Assembly (NCBI GenBank): GCA_963801355.1
Contig: CAWDEM010000004.1
Location: 1,344,001-1,408,000, forward strand
Direction: 5' to 3'
Origin: Ignavibacteriota bacterium
GTDB lineage: Bacteria; Bacteroidota; Ignavibacteria; UBA10030; UBA6906
Length of the DNA: 64,000 bases
Of this stretch, positions 30,167 to 39,226 are shown in pieces. Position 1 is the stretch's first letter. Every line of letters begins with the position of its first letter. The notes beneath the pieces were generated by a model. It saw only the letters and a program-made list of their open reading frames with translations, ran no database searches and was not told the DNA's origin. The translations under genes and the position numbers were made by a program.

Positions 30167-30867
30167 TGCTTCATGTTGCGCTGACGGATGCCATGGGCTC
30201 CGCGGTGAAAAAAGCCCGCTACACAGCATGGATGGAGCGTTGGATCCCGGATGTGGAAATCCACCTGCTTTCGTATACCCGGGACAATAGTGCGGAAGTG
30301 GTGCAGTGCGCAGGGCTAGTGCTCTCGGGCGGCGGTGATGTGGACCCTCTCCTGTATCACCGTCCCGATGCGGTGCCGATCGCACAGGAAGTCGACAAGA
30401 AGCGGGATGCGTTTGAAATGCGCGTCATCGAGTCGGCATTGCGGCGGCGCATGCCGGTATTCGGCATCTGCCGCGGAACACAACTCTTCAACGTGTTCCA
30501 TGGAGGTTCGTTGCTGCCCGATATCGAAGCCGCCGGCTATCAGTCGCACAGGGGCGATGGGGGAGACCGGCGTCACGGCATCGACATTGTGCCCGGCAGC
30601 AGTCTGCATGCACTGTGTGGAGTCGTGTCAGGGGATGTGAACTCCTCTCATCACCAGGCCATCGAGCGGGTCGGACAGGGAATGCGGGTTGTGGCGCGAT
30701 CACCCGAAGGTGTCATCGAAGCCGTGGAATGGGAAGACCCGCAGGCACACGCGTTCGCCCGGCTCGTACAGTGGCATCCCGAGCGCATGGATGACTCGGA
30801 AAACCCTTTGATGTATGCACTTATTCAAAACTTTACAGCAGCTATTCAACACTTTATCACTTCTTAA
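30166..30867 (+). CDS. Gamma-glutamyl-gamma-aminobutyrate hydrolase family (peptidase C26) glutamine amidotransferase
   Basis: SGGGDVDP, nucleophile in GICRG, VNSSHHQA, QWHPE. Confidence 0.9.
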   Translation: MLHVALTDAMGSAVKKARYTAWMERWIPDVEIHLLSYTRDNSAEVVQCAGLVLSGGGDVDPLLYHRPDAVPIAQEVDKKRDAFEMRVIESALRRRMPVFGICRGTQLFNVFHGGSLLPDIEAAGYQSHRGDGGDRRHGIDIVPGSSLHALCGVVSGDVNSSHHQAIERVGQGMRVVARSPEGVIEAVEWEDPQAHAFARLVQWHPERMDDSENPLMYALIQNFTAAIQHFITS

Positions 30868-30876
30868 GGACGTTGC

Positions 30877-33690
30877 ATGAAAAAGTACGTGTATTACTTC
30901 GGTAAGGGAAAAGCGGAAGGCCGCGCAGAGATGAAAGAACTCCTCGGCGGCAAGGGTGCAAACCTCGCAGAGATGGCCAGGCTGGGCATTCCCTGCCCCG
31001 CCGGCTTCACCATCACGACGGAAGTGTGCACCTATTACTACGACCACAAGCGGACCTATCCGGTCTCGCTGCAGAAAGAGGTCAACGGTGCGCTGAAACG
31101 CATCGAATCGGTTATGGGCATGAAATTCGGCAACCCCGCCAACCCCCTGCTTGTGTCGGTCCGTTCTGGCGCGCGCCGGTCGATGCCCGGGATGATGGAA
31201 ACCGTTCTGAACGTCGGGCTGTGTGCTGCGACAATCCCCGGCTTGATCGCCAAGACGAAGAACGAACGTTTTGTGTGGGACGCCTACCGGCGGTTGATCA
31301 TGATGTACTCCGACGTGGTCATGGAGAAGGCCGCGAGCATCGAGCCGGCTGAAGGCAAGGGCATCCGTGTGCAGCTCGACAAGATGCTGCACGAGCTGAA
31401 GACCGGAAAGGGCTATGCATCCGATGCCGACATCTCTGCTGCGGACCTGAAGGATCTATGCGAGCGGTTCAAAGCGCGTGTGAAGGAAGTCCTCGGCAAG
31501 GAATTCCCCGATGATCCCCGCGAACAGCTCTGGGGGGGGATCGGCGCAGTCTTCTCTTCCTGGAATGGCAAGCGGGCAGTATCGTACCGCCGCATCGAGC
31601 GTATTCCGGACGAATGGGGTACGGCAGTGAGCGTCCAGGCGATGGTGTTCGGGAATATGGGCGACAGCTCGGCGACCGGTGTGGCCTTCAGCCGCAACCC
31701 TGCCACCGGCGAGAACAAATTCTTCGGTGAGTGGCTCGTGAATGCGCAGGGCGAGGACGTGGTGGCCGGCATCCGCACTCCCAACCCGTTGAATGAATCC
31801 ACCAAGAGCGAGTACAACCGTCATCTCCCGTCGCTTGAAACGGCGATGCCCGGCCTGTACAGGGAACTGGATCACATCCGCGTGAAGCTGGAGAAGCACT
31901 TCCATGACATGCAGGACATCGAGTTCACGATCCAGGAAGGGCATCTGTGGATGCTGCAGTGCCGGGTGGGGAAGAGAACCGGTACGGCCGCTCTCAACAT
32001 GGCGATGGACATGCTGGGAGAGAAACTGATCGACGAGAAGACTGCAGTGAGCCGTCTGACACCCGATCAGCTTGATGAATTGCTGCACCCCATCGTCGAT
32101 CCGAAGGCGGAGAAGCAGTCCGAGCCCGTTGCAGGCGGGTTGCCGGCGGGTCCGGGGGGCGCATGCGGGCAGATCGTCTTCACGGCGGCCGATGCGGTGG
32201 AGTGGGCGAAGCAGGGGAAGAAAGTGCTCCTGGTGCGGGAGGAGACGAATCCGGAGGACGTCGAGGGTATGCGTGCGGCCGAAGGTATTCTGACGGCCCG
32301 CGGCGGCATGACAAGCCATGCCGCGCTTGTCGCCCGCGGCTGGGGGAAATGCTGCATCGTCGGCTGCGGTACACTGCACATTGATGCGCATGCCAGGACC
32401 ATGACCGTAGGTGAGAAGGTCTACCGGGAAGGGGATTGGTTCACACTGAACGGCACGCGCGGGTATGTGTATGCCGGCAAGCTGGCGATGGTCAGCTCCA
32501 CGGAGAATCCGCAGTTCGTGCACTTCATGAAGATCGTGGACAAGTTTCGCACGATCGGCGTGCGCACCAATGCGGACACGCCGTCCGACGCCCAGAAAGC
32601 GCGCGAGTTCGGCGCGGAGGGCATCGGCCTGTTCCGCACCGAACACATGTTCTACGGCAAGCACTCCGAACAGCCGCTTTTCATCCTGCGGAAGATGATC
32701 ATTTCCCGCACGGAAGGGGAGCGCCGCGCGGCGCTGGCCGAACTCTATCCGTTTGTCAAGAAAGACATCAAAGACACGCTTGCGGTGATGGATGGACTGC
32801 CGGTCACCGTGCGTTTGCTTGATCCGCCGTTGCACGAATTCGTGCCGAAAGGCGCGGAAGAACGCAAGAAGCTGGCATCGGCACTCGGCATCACGGTGGA
32901 AGACATCGCCATGCGCGCGGATGCGCTCCATGAGAGCAACCCGATGATGGGTCATCGTGGTGTCCGTCTGGGCATCACGTATCCCGAAATCACCGAAATG
33001 CAGGTGCGTGCCATCCTGGAATCCACAGCCGAGCTCAAGGCCGAGGGCAAGACGGTGCTTCCGGAAATCATGGTCCCGGTGGTCGGCATCAAGAATGAAC
33101 TGGATCATCAGCGTGCCATCGTCGATGCCATTTATGCGGAGGTATGCGCGAAGTACTCCCTGAAGAAGATCGACTATCTCTACGGGACGATGATCGAAAT
33201 TCCGCGTGCAGCATTGACGGCGGACAAAATCGCCGAATCAGCGGAGTTCTTCTCCTTCGGAACGAATGATCTCACCCAGATGGGTTTCGGGTTCTCCAGG
33301 GACGACATCGGCAGCTTTGTGCCGGAATACCTGAAGCTGAAGACGCTGCCGGCGGATCCATTCCAGATACTGGATCAGGAGGGCATTGGTCAGCTTGTGC
33401 GTATGGCCATTGAGAAGGGACGGGCGACGCGACCCAAGTTGAAGATCGGCATCTGCGGCGAGCACGGCGGCGAGCCGTCGTCGGTGGCATTCTGCTACCG
33501 CGTCGGGATGAATTATGTCTCCTGTTCACCGTTCCGCGTGCCGATTGCCCGGCTGGCGGCGGCGCAGGCCGCGATTGCCGGCGGTGCCAGCGCGGCAACC
33601 GGAACAAAGCCGGCGCGGAAGAAAGTCCGGAGCGCCGCGAAGAAAGTCCGGAACGCCGCGAAAAAAGCAACTCCACGGAAGCGAAAATAA
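30877..33690 (+). CDS. ppdK: Pyruvate, phosphate dikinase
   Basis: LGGKGANLAEM, SVRSGA, NAQGEDVVAG, phospho-His in GGMTSHAA, GIGLFRTEHMF, GICGEHGG. Confidence 0.98.
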   Translation: MKKYVYYFGKGKAEGRAEMKELLGGKGANLAEMARLGIPCPAGFTITTEVCTYYYDHKRTYPVSLQKEVNGALKRIESVMGMKFGNPANPLLVSVRSGARRSMPGMMETVLNVGLCAATIPGLIAKTKNERFVWDAYRRLIMMYSDVVMEKAASIEPAEGKGIRVQLDKMLHELKTGKGYASDADISAADLKDLCERFKARVKEVLGKEFPDDPREQLWGGIGAVFSSWNGKRAVSYRRIERIPDEWGTAVSVQAMVFGNMGDSSATGVAFSRNPATGENKFFGEWLVNAQGEDVVAGIRTPNPLNESTKSEYNRHLPSLETAMPGLYRELDHIRVKLEKHFHDMQDIEFTIQEGHLWMLQCRVGKRTGTAALNMAMDMLGEKLIDEKTAVSRLTPDQLDELLHPIVDPKAEKQSEPVAGGLPAGPGGACGQIVFTAADAVEWAKQGKKVLLVREETNPEDVEGMRAAEGILTARGGMTSHAALVARGWGKCCIVGCGTLHIDAHARTMTVGEKVYREGDWFTLNGTRGYVYAGKLAMVSSTENPQFVHFMKIVDKFRTIGVRTNADTPSDAQKAREFGAEGIGLFRTEHMFYGKHSEQPLFILRKMIISRTEGERRAALAELYPFVKKDIKDTLAVMDGLPVTVRLLDPPLHEFVPKGAEERKKLASALGITVEDIAMRADALHESNPMMGHRGVRLGITYPEITEMQVRAILESTAELKAEGKTVLPEIMVPVVGIKNELDHQRAIVDAIYAEVCAKYSLKKIDYLYGTMIEIPRAALTADKIAESAEFFSFGTNDLTQMGFGFSRDDIGSFVPEYLKLKTLPADPFQILDQEGIGQLVRMAIEKGRATRPKLKIGICGEHGGEPSSVAFCYRVGMNYVSCSPFRVPIARLAAAQAAIAGGASAATGTKPARKKVRSAAKKVRNAAKKATPRKRK
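33613..33669 (+). repeat. 21-bp tandem repeat encoding the basic PPDK tail (ARKKVRS/AAKKVRN/AAKKA)
   Basis: gaagaaagtccgga occurs twice with a 21-nt period, followed by a degenerate third copy. Confidence 0.75.
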
Positions 33691-33707
33691 TCATCGCCCG
33701 ACACGTC

Positions 33708-33745
33708 CCCCGCGTGCCCCCGGTTGGTCCGGGAGGCGCGCGGGG
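33708..33745 (+). terminator. GC-rich hairpin after ppdK
   Basis: CCCCGCGTGCC-CCCGG-ttggt-CCGGG-a-GGCGCGCGGGG; no clear U-tract. Confidence 0.45.
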
Positions 33746-33775
33746 AGTTGTTGATCAATCAGGAGTGTATGCAGC

Positions 33776-34813
33776 ATGAAACTTTCCGACTTCCGCTACC
33801 CCTTGCCGCGGAACCTGATTGCCAAGTACCCGGCAAACCCGCGTGATAATGCGCGCCTCATGGTGTTGAACCGTGCCGACGAATCCATCGAGAGCATGCG
33901 GTTTCACGATATCACCAGATTCTTCAAGAAGGGGGATTGCCTGGTGGTGAATGAAACCAAGGTGTTCCCGGCCCGGCTGTTCGGCCGGAAGGAAAAGACC
34001 AACGCGAAAATCGAGGTCTTCCTCCTGCGAGAGCTGAACAAGGAGGAAAACATCTGGGATGTGATTGTCGACCCCGCCCGCAAAGTGCGCATCGGCAACA
34101 AGATCTTTTTCGATGAGGGGCGGTTGTGGTGTGAAGTCATCGATAATACGACTTCGCGTGGCCGCACCGTGCGCTTCAATGTCAGCGGTGATTTTTTTAG
34201 AATCATTGAGCGCATCGGCAAGATGCCGCTGCCGTACTATATCAAGCGTGAATCCACCGAGAAGGACAAGGAGTCCTATCAGACCGTGTTCGCAAGATCC
34301 CTCGGCGCCGTCGCGGCTCCGACGGCGGGATTGCATTTCACCAAACGGTTGCTGGCGACGCTCAAACGGAAGGGTGTGCGCATCGTGCCGGTGGTCCTGC
34401 ACGTCGGCCTCGGATCATTCCGGCCCGTTGAAGTGGAAGACCTGACCAAGCACAAGATGGATTCCGAGTACTACGAGATTCCCGACGTGACCGTCGACGC
34501 GGTGAACAAGACCATCGATGCCAAGGGCAATGTATTCGTGGTCGGCACAAGCACCTGCCGGGCCGTGGAATCGAGCGTGACCACCGACGGCCATCTGAAA
34601 GCCAACAGGGGATGGACGGACAAGTTTATCTTCCCTCCGTACGAATTCAAGATTGCCGACCGGCTGGTCACGAATTTTCACATGCCGGAATCGACGTTGC
34701 TCATGCTCTCGTCGGCCTTTGCAGGCCGTGATTTCATGATGAAGGCGTACAAGCGGGCTATTAAAGAGGGGTACAGGTTTTTCAGCTACGGCGATGCAAT
34801 GCTGCTGATGTAG
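33776..34813 (+). CDS. queA: S-adenosylmethionine:tRNA ribosyltransferase-isomerase
   Basis: NETKVFPARL, PLPYYI, YQTVFA, AVAAPTAGLHFT, LHVGLG, TNFHMPEST, FSYGDAML. Confidence 0.97.
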   Translation: MKLSDFRYPLPRNLIAKYPANPRDNARLMVLNRADESIESMRFHDITRFFKKGDCLVVNETKVFPARLFGRKEKTNAKIEVFLLRELNKEENIWDVIVDPARKVRIGNKIFFDEGRLWCEVIDNTTSRGRTVRFNVSGDFFRIIERIGKMPLPYYIKRESTEKDKESYQTVFARSLGAVAAPTAGLHFTKRLLATLKRKGVRIVPVVLHVGLGSFRPVEVEDLTKHKMDSEYYEIPDVTVDAVNKTIDAKGNVFVVGTSTCRAVESSVTTDGHLKANRGWTDKFIFPPYEFKIADRLVTNFHMPESTLLMLSSAFAGRDFMMKAYKRAIKEGYRFFSYGDAMLLM

Positions 34814-34835
34814 CCGTCGCCCGGCGTGCGTGTCC

Positions 34836-36671
34836 ATGAAACTCGCCCTTCTCATACTTGTCAACGTCGCAGTGATCGGGCTCTTCGTGCGGCTGTTCCG
34901 CACGAAGAACCTGCTTGCCTATTTCAGCGGCGGCCGGTGGTGGCTGACGTGGCTTTCCATCGCCGTGATCACGCTGATGGACGAGCTTACCTCGATTTTC
35001 TACGCTCCCAGCGAGGCCTTCCGCTTCATCGGGTCCTACGCCATTCCCTTCATCGCGATCACCTCGCTGCTGATGCGTTTCCTCTCGACCCGCATGGTGG
35101 AGATCGCGGAGATTCTTGACCACCACAAGATCCGCGGCGGGGGCGTGTATTCATTCTCCTACCTTACACTGGGGCCGACGTTCTCGTTCATCGCCGTGGC
35201 GTCGATCATGGTCGATTACGTGCTGACGGCATGCATCTCGACTGTCAGCGCCGTGGAGAACGGCCTGACCTTCATTGCACTCGGCCCGGTCACGAAGATG
35301 GGGATCCAGTTTGCCGTGGTGTGGGGGATTGCCGGACTGAACATCATCGGGATCAAGGAAAACGCCCGGTTCACGTTCGGCATCTTCTTTTTTGTGGCGC
35401 TCGTCTTGCTGACCCTGCTCGCCTCGGCATTGTACGAAGCCCCCGCTTCTTCCTGGCAGCAAATCGGCGCAAGCTATGCCAATGTCGGCACCTTTTTCCG
35501 GGACCACTCGCTCTGGAGCGGCTACGGCTTCGTTGTGGTCTGCGTCGCAGGATGCATACTCGCGTACTCCGGGATAGAGTCCGTTGTGCAGACTGCAGGA
35601 CTCACACGCAGCTGGAAGGATACGGGCAAGGCGTATATCTTCCTTGCGCTCACCACCGGAATTTTCACCCCGATGATCTCCATGCTGGTATTGAGTTCAG
35701 GAATCGATCCTGCGCATCATGAAACAGATCTCATTACGCAGTTTGCTGCCCGGTTGAATGGCATCCCGTTCGGCTTCATCGTGGGGGGGGTGGCCAGCAT
35801 TGCACTCATCATGGCCGTGAACACGGCATTCGTGGCCTCCAGCGAACTTATGGAGCGTGTGGCGCACCGGTACAGCTTTCGCTGGATCATCAAGACGAAT
35901 GACCGCCAGTCATTGTACCGCATCCATGTGCTCAATGCGATCTTCTTTTCGGTGATCATTCTTCTGACCTCAGGAAGCCAGAGGATGCTGGCGGAGATGT
36001 ACGCCCTCGGGCTCGTCGCAAGTTTTGCCATCAACATGGGCAGCCTGCTGTACTACCGGTATTTTACGGGAACGAAGGAGATCCGTGAATACCATACGTC
36101 GCGGTTCGGTACCCTCGTGCTGTTTGTGATTCTCCTGAGTTGCTTCATCTATCTCGCGATGAGCAAACCGTACGGCATCGCGCTCTGGTCGGTGGTGTCG
36201 GTGTTCTTCCTGTTGGTGGGATTCCGCGTCGCGCGGCGGCGCGCACCCGAAATCGTGCAGGTGGCACAGACCGATACGCCCATGCAGATGGTGTTCGCTC
36301 TGGCGGACGCCCCGGGCGATACCATTGACATTTTCTTCAAGCGGCCCCAGGAAGAAGGATTGCTTCCCAACCCCGTGGTGGCCTTTGTTACATTCTACTC
36401 ACCGCGGACGGGCATACCACCCCGCATGTCCGAAAACCACTATCGTTTTGCGCAAACCGGTCAATCGCTGTTCGATAGCATCACGGAGCTGCTGTACGTG
36501 CTGAAATACGAGCTTCCGCATAAGCAGGTGACCATTCACATCGGATGGCCGCGCTCGTCGTGGATCGATCGATTCTCCATCGGCGTGATGGTATTCAGCA
36601 TGATGCGGTTACCCGACATGTTTCCCGAATTTCATTTCATGATTGAATATTTCCCGAAGAAGAATGCGTGA
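34836..36671 (+). CDS. APC-superfamily amino acid/cation permease
   Basis: About 13 TM helices; GGGVYS, DYVLTACIS, LAYSGIES and YALG motifs; short soluble C-terminal domain. Confidence 0.8.
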   Translation: MKLALLILVNVAVIGLFVRLFRTKNLLAYFSGGRWWLTWLSIAVITLMDELTSIFYAPSEAFRFIGSYAIPFIAITSLLMRFLSTRMVEIAEILDHHKIRGGGVYSFSYLTLGPTFSFIAVASIMVDYVLTACISTVSAVENGLTFIALGPVTKMGIQFAVVWGIAGLNIIGIKENARFTFGIFFFVALVLLTLLASALYEAPASSWQQIGASYANVGTFFRDHSLWSGYGFVVVCVAGCILAYSGIESVVQTAGLTRSWKDTGKAYIFLALTTGIFTPMISMLVLSSGIDPAHHETDLITQFAARLNGIPFGFIVGGVASIALIMAVNTAFVASSELMERVAHRYSFRWIIKTNDRQSLYRIHVLNAIFFSVIILLTSGSQRMLAEMYALGLVASFAINMGSLLYYRYFTGTKEIREYHTSRFGTLVLFVILLSCFIYLAMSKPYGIALWSVVSVFFLLVGFRVARRRAPEIVQVAQTDTPMQMVFALADAPGDTIDIFFKRPQEEGLLPNPVVAFVTFYSPRTGIPPRMSENHYRFAQTGQSLFDSITELLYVLKYELPHKQVTIHIGWPRSSWIDRFSIGVMVFSMMRLPDMFPEFHFMIEYFPKKNA

Positions 36672-37344
36672 CATCGCGGTCATCATTCCCGCCGGCGGAA
36701 CGGGGAGGCGCATGGGGGGGCGTGTACCGAAGCAATTCCTCCGTCTCATTGACCGGCCGGTCCTCGTTCACTCTGTGCGGGTGTTTGAACGGATCCCTGC
36801 GGTGCGGCAGATTGTTATCGCCGTTCCGGCGGACTATGTCGCCCGCACACAGCGTCTGCTGCGCAAAGAGGGATGCCGGAAAGTGACAATGGTCGTGGAA
36901 GGCGGTCGCGAACGGCAGGTGTCCGTCCGGAGGGCACTCGGCAAACTGAAGGGGGAGCCTTCACTTGTGCTGATTCATGACGCCGTGAGGCCCTTGGTTT
37001 CCCTGCAGGTCGTTAGAGAAGTCATCAATGCGGCAGAACGATGGGGGGCGGCGGTGGTGGGAGTCCGCCTGAACGATACGGTCAAAATAGAAGGTAATCG
37101 CGGTTTCTACGGTTCTACCCTTCCGCGTCACCTTCTCTGGGCCGTTCAGACCCCCCAGGGGTTCCGGACGCATCTCATTATAAAGGCCCACCAGCTGGCT
37201 CTGAAAGCGCATTTCGCCGGAACCGATGACGCTTCCCTGGTCGAAAGAATGCGAATTCCGGTCCGTATTGTCCAGGGAAGCCCTCGAAATTTGAAGATTA
37301 CGACAAGAGACGACCTCCGTATCGCCAGACTCCTCTTGTCGTAG
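36664..37344 (+). CDS. ispD: 2-C-methyl-D-erythritol 4-phosphate cytidylyltransferase
   Basis: PAGGTGRRMG..PKQF, GGRERQVSV, IHDAVRP, QTPQGF, TDDAS, NLKITT. Confidence 0.96.
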   Translation: MRDIAVIIPAGGTGRRMGGRVPKQFLRLIDRPVLVHSVRVFERIPAVRQIVIAVPADYVARTQRLLRKEGCRKVTMVVEGGRERQVSVRRALGKLKGEPSLVLIHDAVRPLVSLQVVREVINAAERWGAAVVGVRLNDTVKIEGNRGFYGSTLPRHLLWAVQTPQGFRTHLIIKAHQLALKAHFAGTDDASLVERMRIPVRIVQGSPRNLKITTRDDLRIARLLLS

Positions 37345-37354
37345 GTCGGCCGTG

Positions 37355-37383
37355 TTGCGCGTGGTTTTCCATTTTGGTATATT
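37355..37383 (+). promoter_or_regulatory. Sigma70-type promoter of plsY-gpsA
   Basis: TTGCGC, 17 nt, TATATT with an extended -10 TG. Confidence 0.6.
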
Positions 37384-37415
37384 ACAACCTCCATTTCCAT
37401 TATGCACAGGATTCC

Positions 37416-38111
37416 ATGCTTCCCATTAGCATCATAGCTGCGCTGAGCTATCTCATCGGGTCTATCCCCACGAGCATCATCGTTGCCCGAAAGGCCCGGG
37501 GAATCGACATCCGCCACTTCGGAAGCGGCAATGCCGGTGGGACGAACGTGATCCGCGTGCTTGGCTGGAAAGCGGGTGCGTTCGTGATTGCGATGGATAT
37601 GGCAAAGGGACTTGTGGCGACCATGATTGTTGCGCGGTTCATGTATGGCGCCCTGCCGTTTTCCAATGCGACGCCTTTCGATGACCTCACGGTGGTACGC
37701 ATCATTGCCGGCTGCTCGGCGATTCTCGGTCACATCTGGACAGTGTTTGCGGGGTTCAAGGGGGGGAAGGGTATTGCCACGGCCGGAGGTGTGTTGATCG
37801 GGATTGCCCCGGTTGAGGTGGGGGTCTCGTTCGCCGTGTTTGCCCTCGTTTTCATGCTTACCCACTATGTCTCGCTGGGTTCTCTCAGTGCCGCGGTCAC
37901 ATTCCCGCTGACGATGTTCTTCCGCGAGAATGTGTTCATGGTGGAGGTGGAAGGGTACGGGACGTTGATCTTCTTCAGTATCGGCATCTCGTTGTTGATC
38001 ATCTTCACTCATCGTTCAAACATCAAGCGTCTGTTGCGGGGAACGGAGAATCGGATTACGACACTCCGGTTTTTCCGGAAAAAGTCCGAACTCCCCTCGC
38101 AGGCCGGTTGA
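37416..38111 (+). CDS. plsY: Glycerol-3-phosphate acyltransferase
   Basis: YLIGSIP, GSGNAGGTN, DMAKG, GFKGGKGIAT, HRSNIKRL. Start at ATG 37416. Confidence 0.96.
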   Translation: MLPISIIAALSYLIGSIPTSIIVARKARGIDIRHFGSGNAGGTNVIRVLGWKAGAFVIAMDMAKGLVATMIVARFMYGALPFSNATPFDDLTVVRIIAGCSAILGHIWTVFAGFKGGKGIATAGGVLIGIAPVEVGVSFAVFALVFMLTHYVSLGSLSAAVTFPLTMFFRENVFMVEVEGYGTLIFFSIGISLLIIFTHRSNIKRLLRGTENRITTLRFFRKKSELPSQAG

Positions 38112-38132
38112 TTCTTCTCACCCTTCGTTCGT

Positions 38133-39134
38133 ATGCGCATTGCAATCCTCGGTGCGGGCGGCTGGGGAACCACCCTGGCCATCCTGCTGTCGGAGAATTC
38201 CCATTCCGTCATGCTCTGGTCGTATGACGAAAAGGACGCACAGAACATCCTGCGCACGCGGAAGAATCCGGCCTACCTCCCGGGCATAAGCCTTCCGGAG
38301 TCCATCACCGTCACCACCAACCTTGTCGAGGCAATTCGTGACAGGGATATGCTCGTCGTAGCCATCCCCTCCCAATTTATCCGCCGTTCGCTGGAGAAGT
38401 GCCGTGACATGGCGTTCGACGACGTGTTGCTGGTCAATGTCGCCAAGGGTATCGAAAACGGCACGCTCATGACGATGTCGGAGATGTTGCACGACACGTT
38501 ACCCCGCCTTACGCCGGACCGCATCGCGACACTCTCCGGACCGAGCCATGCGGAAGAGGTGAGCCGGCACATCCCCACAACCGTGGTGGTGGCTTCCGCT
38601 TCACTGGAAACCGCGCGCCTCGTGCAATCGGTGTTCATGACCCCCTACTTCCGGGTATACGCCAGCAATGATCTCCGCGGCGTGGAGATCGGGGGCGCAC
38701 TGAAGAATGTCATCGCCATCGCGGCGGGTATCATTGATGGTGCACAACTCGGTGACAACACCAAGGCAGCGCTCATGACGAGAGGCATTGCAGAGATCGC
38801 CCGGATCGGCGTGGCACTGGGTGCCCAGGAGCGCACGTTTGCGGGACTTTCGGGAGTCGGCGACCTGATGGTTACTTGCATGAGCCATCACAGCCGCAAC
38901 CGGCACATCGGCGTCGAAATCGGCAAGGGGAGGAAGCTACCGGAGATCCTGGCAGGCATGGTGATGGTCGCCGAGGGGGTCGCTACGACGCAGTCCGCTC
39001 ACGATCTGGCGAAGCGTGTGGGAGTGGAAGTTCCCATCATAGAGCAGGTACACAAGGTTCTCTTCGAAGGGAAGGATCCGCTCCGCGCCTGCTCCGATCT
39101 CATGACGCGGGACCCGAAAGGTGAGATATGGTGA
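38133..39134 (+). CDS. gpsA: NAD(P)H-dependent glycerol-3-phosphate dehydrogenase
   Basis: GAGGWG, KGIE, SGPSHA, GGALKNVIAI, GDLMVTC, SRN. Confidence 0.97.
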   Translation: MRIAILGAGGWGTTLAILLSENSHSVMLWSYDEKDAQNILRTRKNPAYLPGISLPESITVTTNLVEAIRDRDMLVVAIPSQFIRRSLEKCRDMAFDDVLLVNVAKGIENGTLMTMSEMLHDTLPRLTPDRIATLSGPSHAEEVSRHIPTTVVVASASLETARLVQSVFMTPYFRVYASNDLRGVEIGGALKNVIAIAAGIIDGAQLGDNTKAALMTRGIAEIARIGVALGAQERTFAGLSGVGDLMVTCMSHHSRNRHIGVEIGKGRKLPEILAGMVMVAEGVATTQSAHDLAKRVGVEVPIIEQVHKVLFEGKDPLRACSDLMTRDPKGEIW

Positions 39135-39167
39135 CCGGGGAGTGAACACCGATGGTTCGCGGAGAAA

Positions 39168-39206
39168 GCACAACCCCGCCGGAGTTCACCTCCGGCGGGG
39201 TTGTGC
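39168..39206. terminator. Perfect 17-bp hairpin between convergent gpsA and hppA, probably a bidirectional terminator
   Basis: GCACAACCCCGCCGGAG-ttcac-CTCCGGCGGGGTTGTGC. Confidence 0.75.
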
Positions 39207-39226
39207 ACATGTACGGGCGCTGCGTC

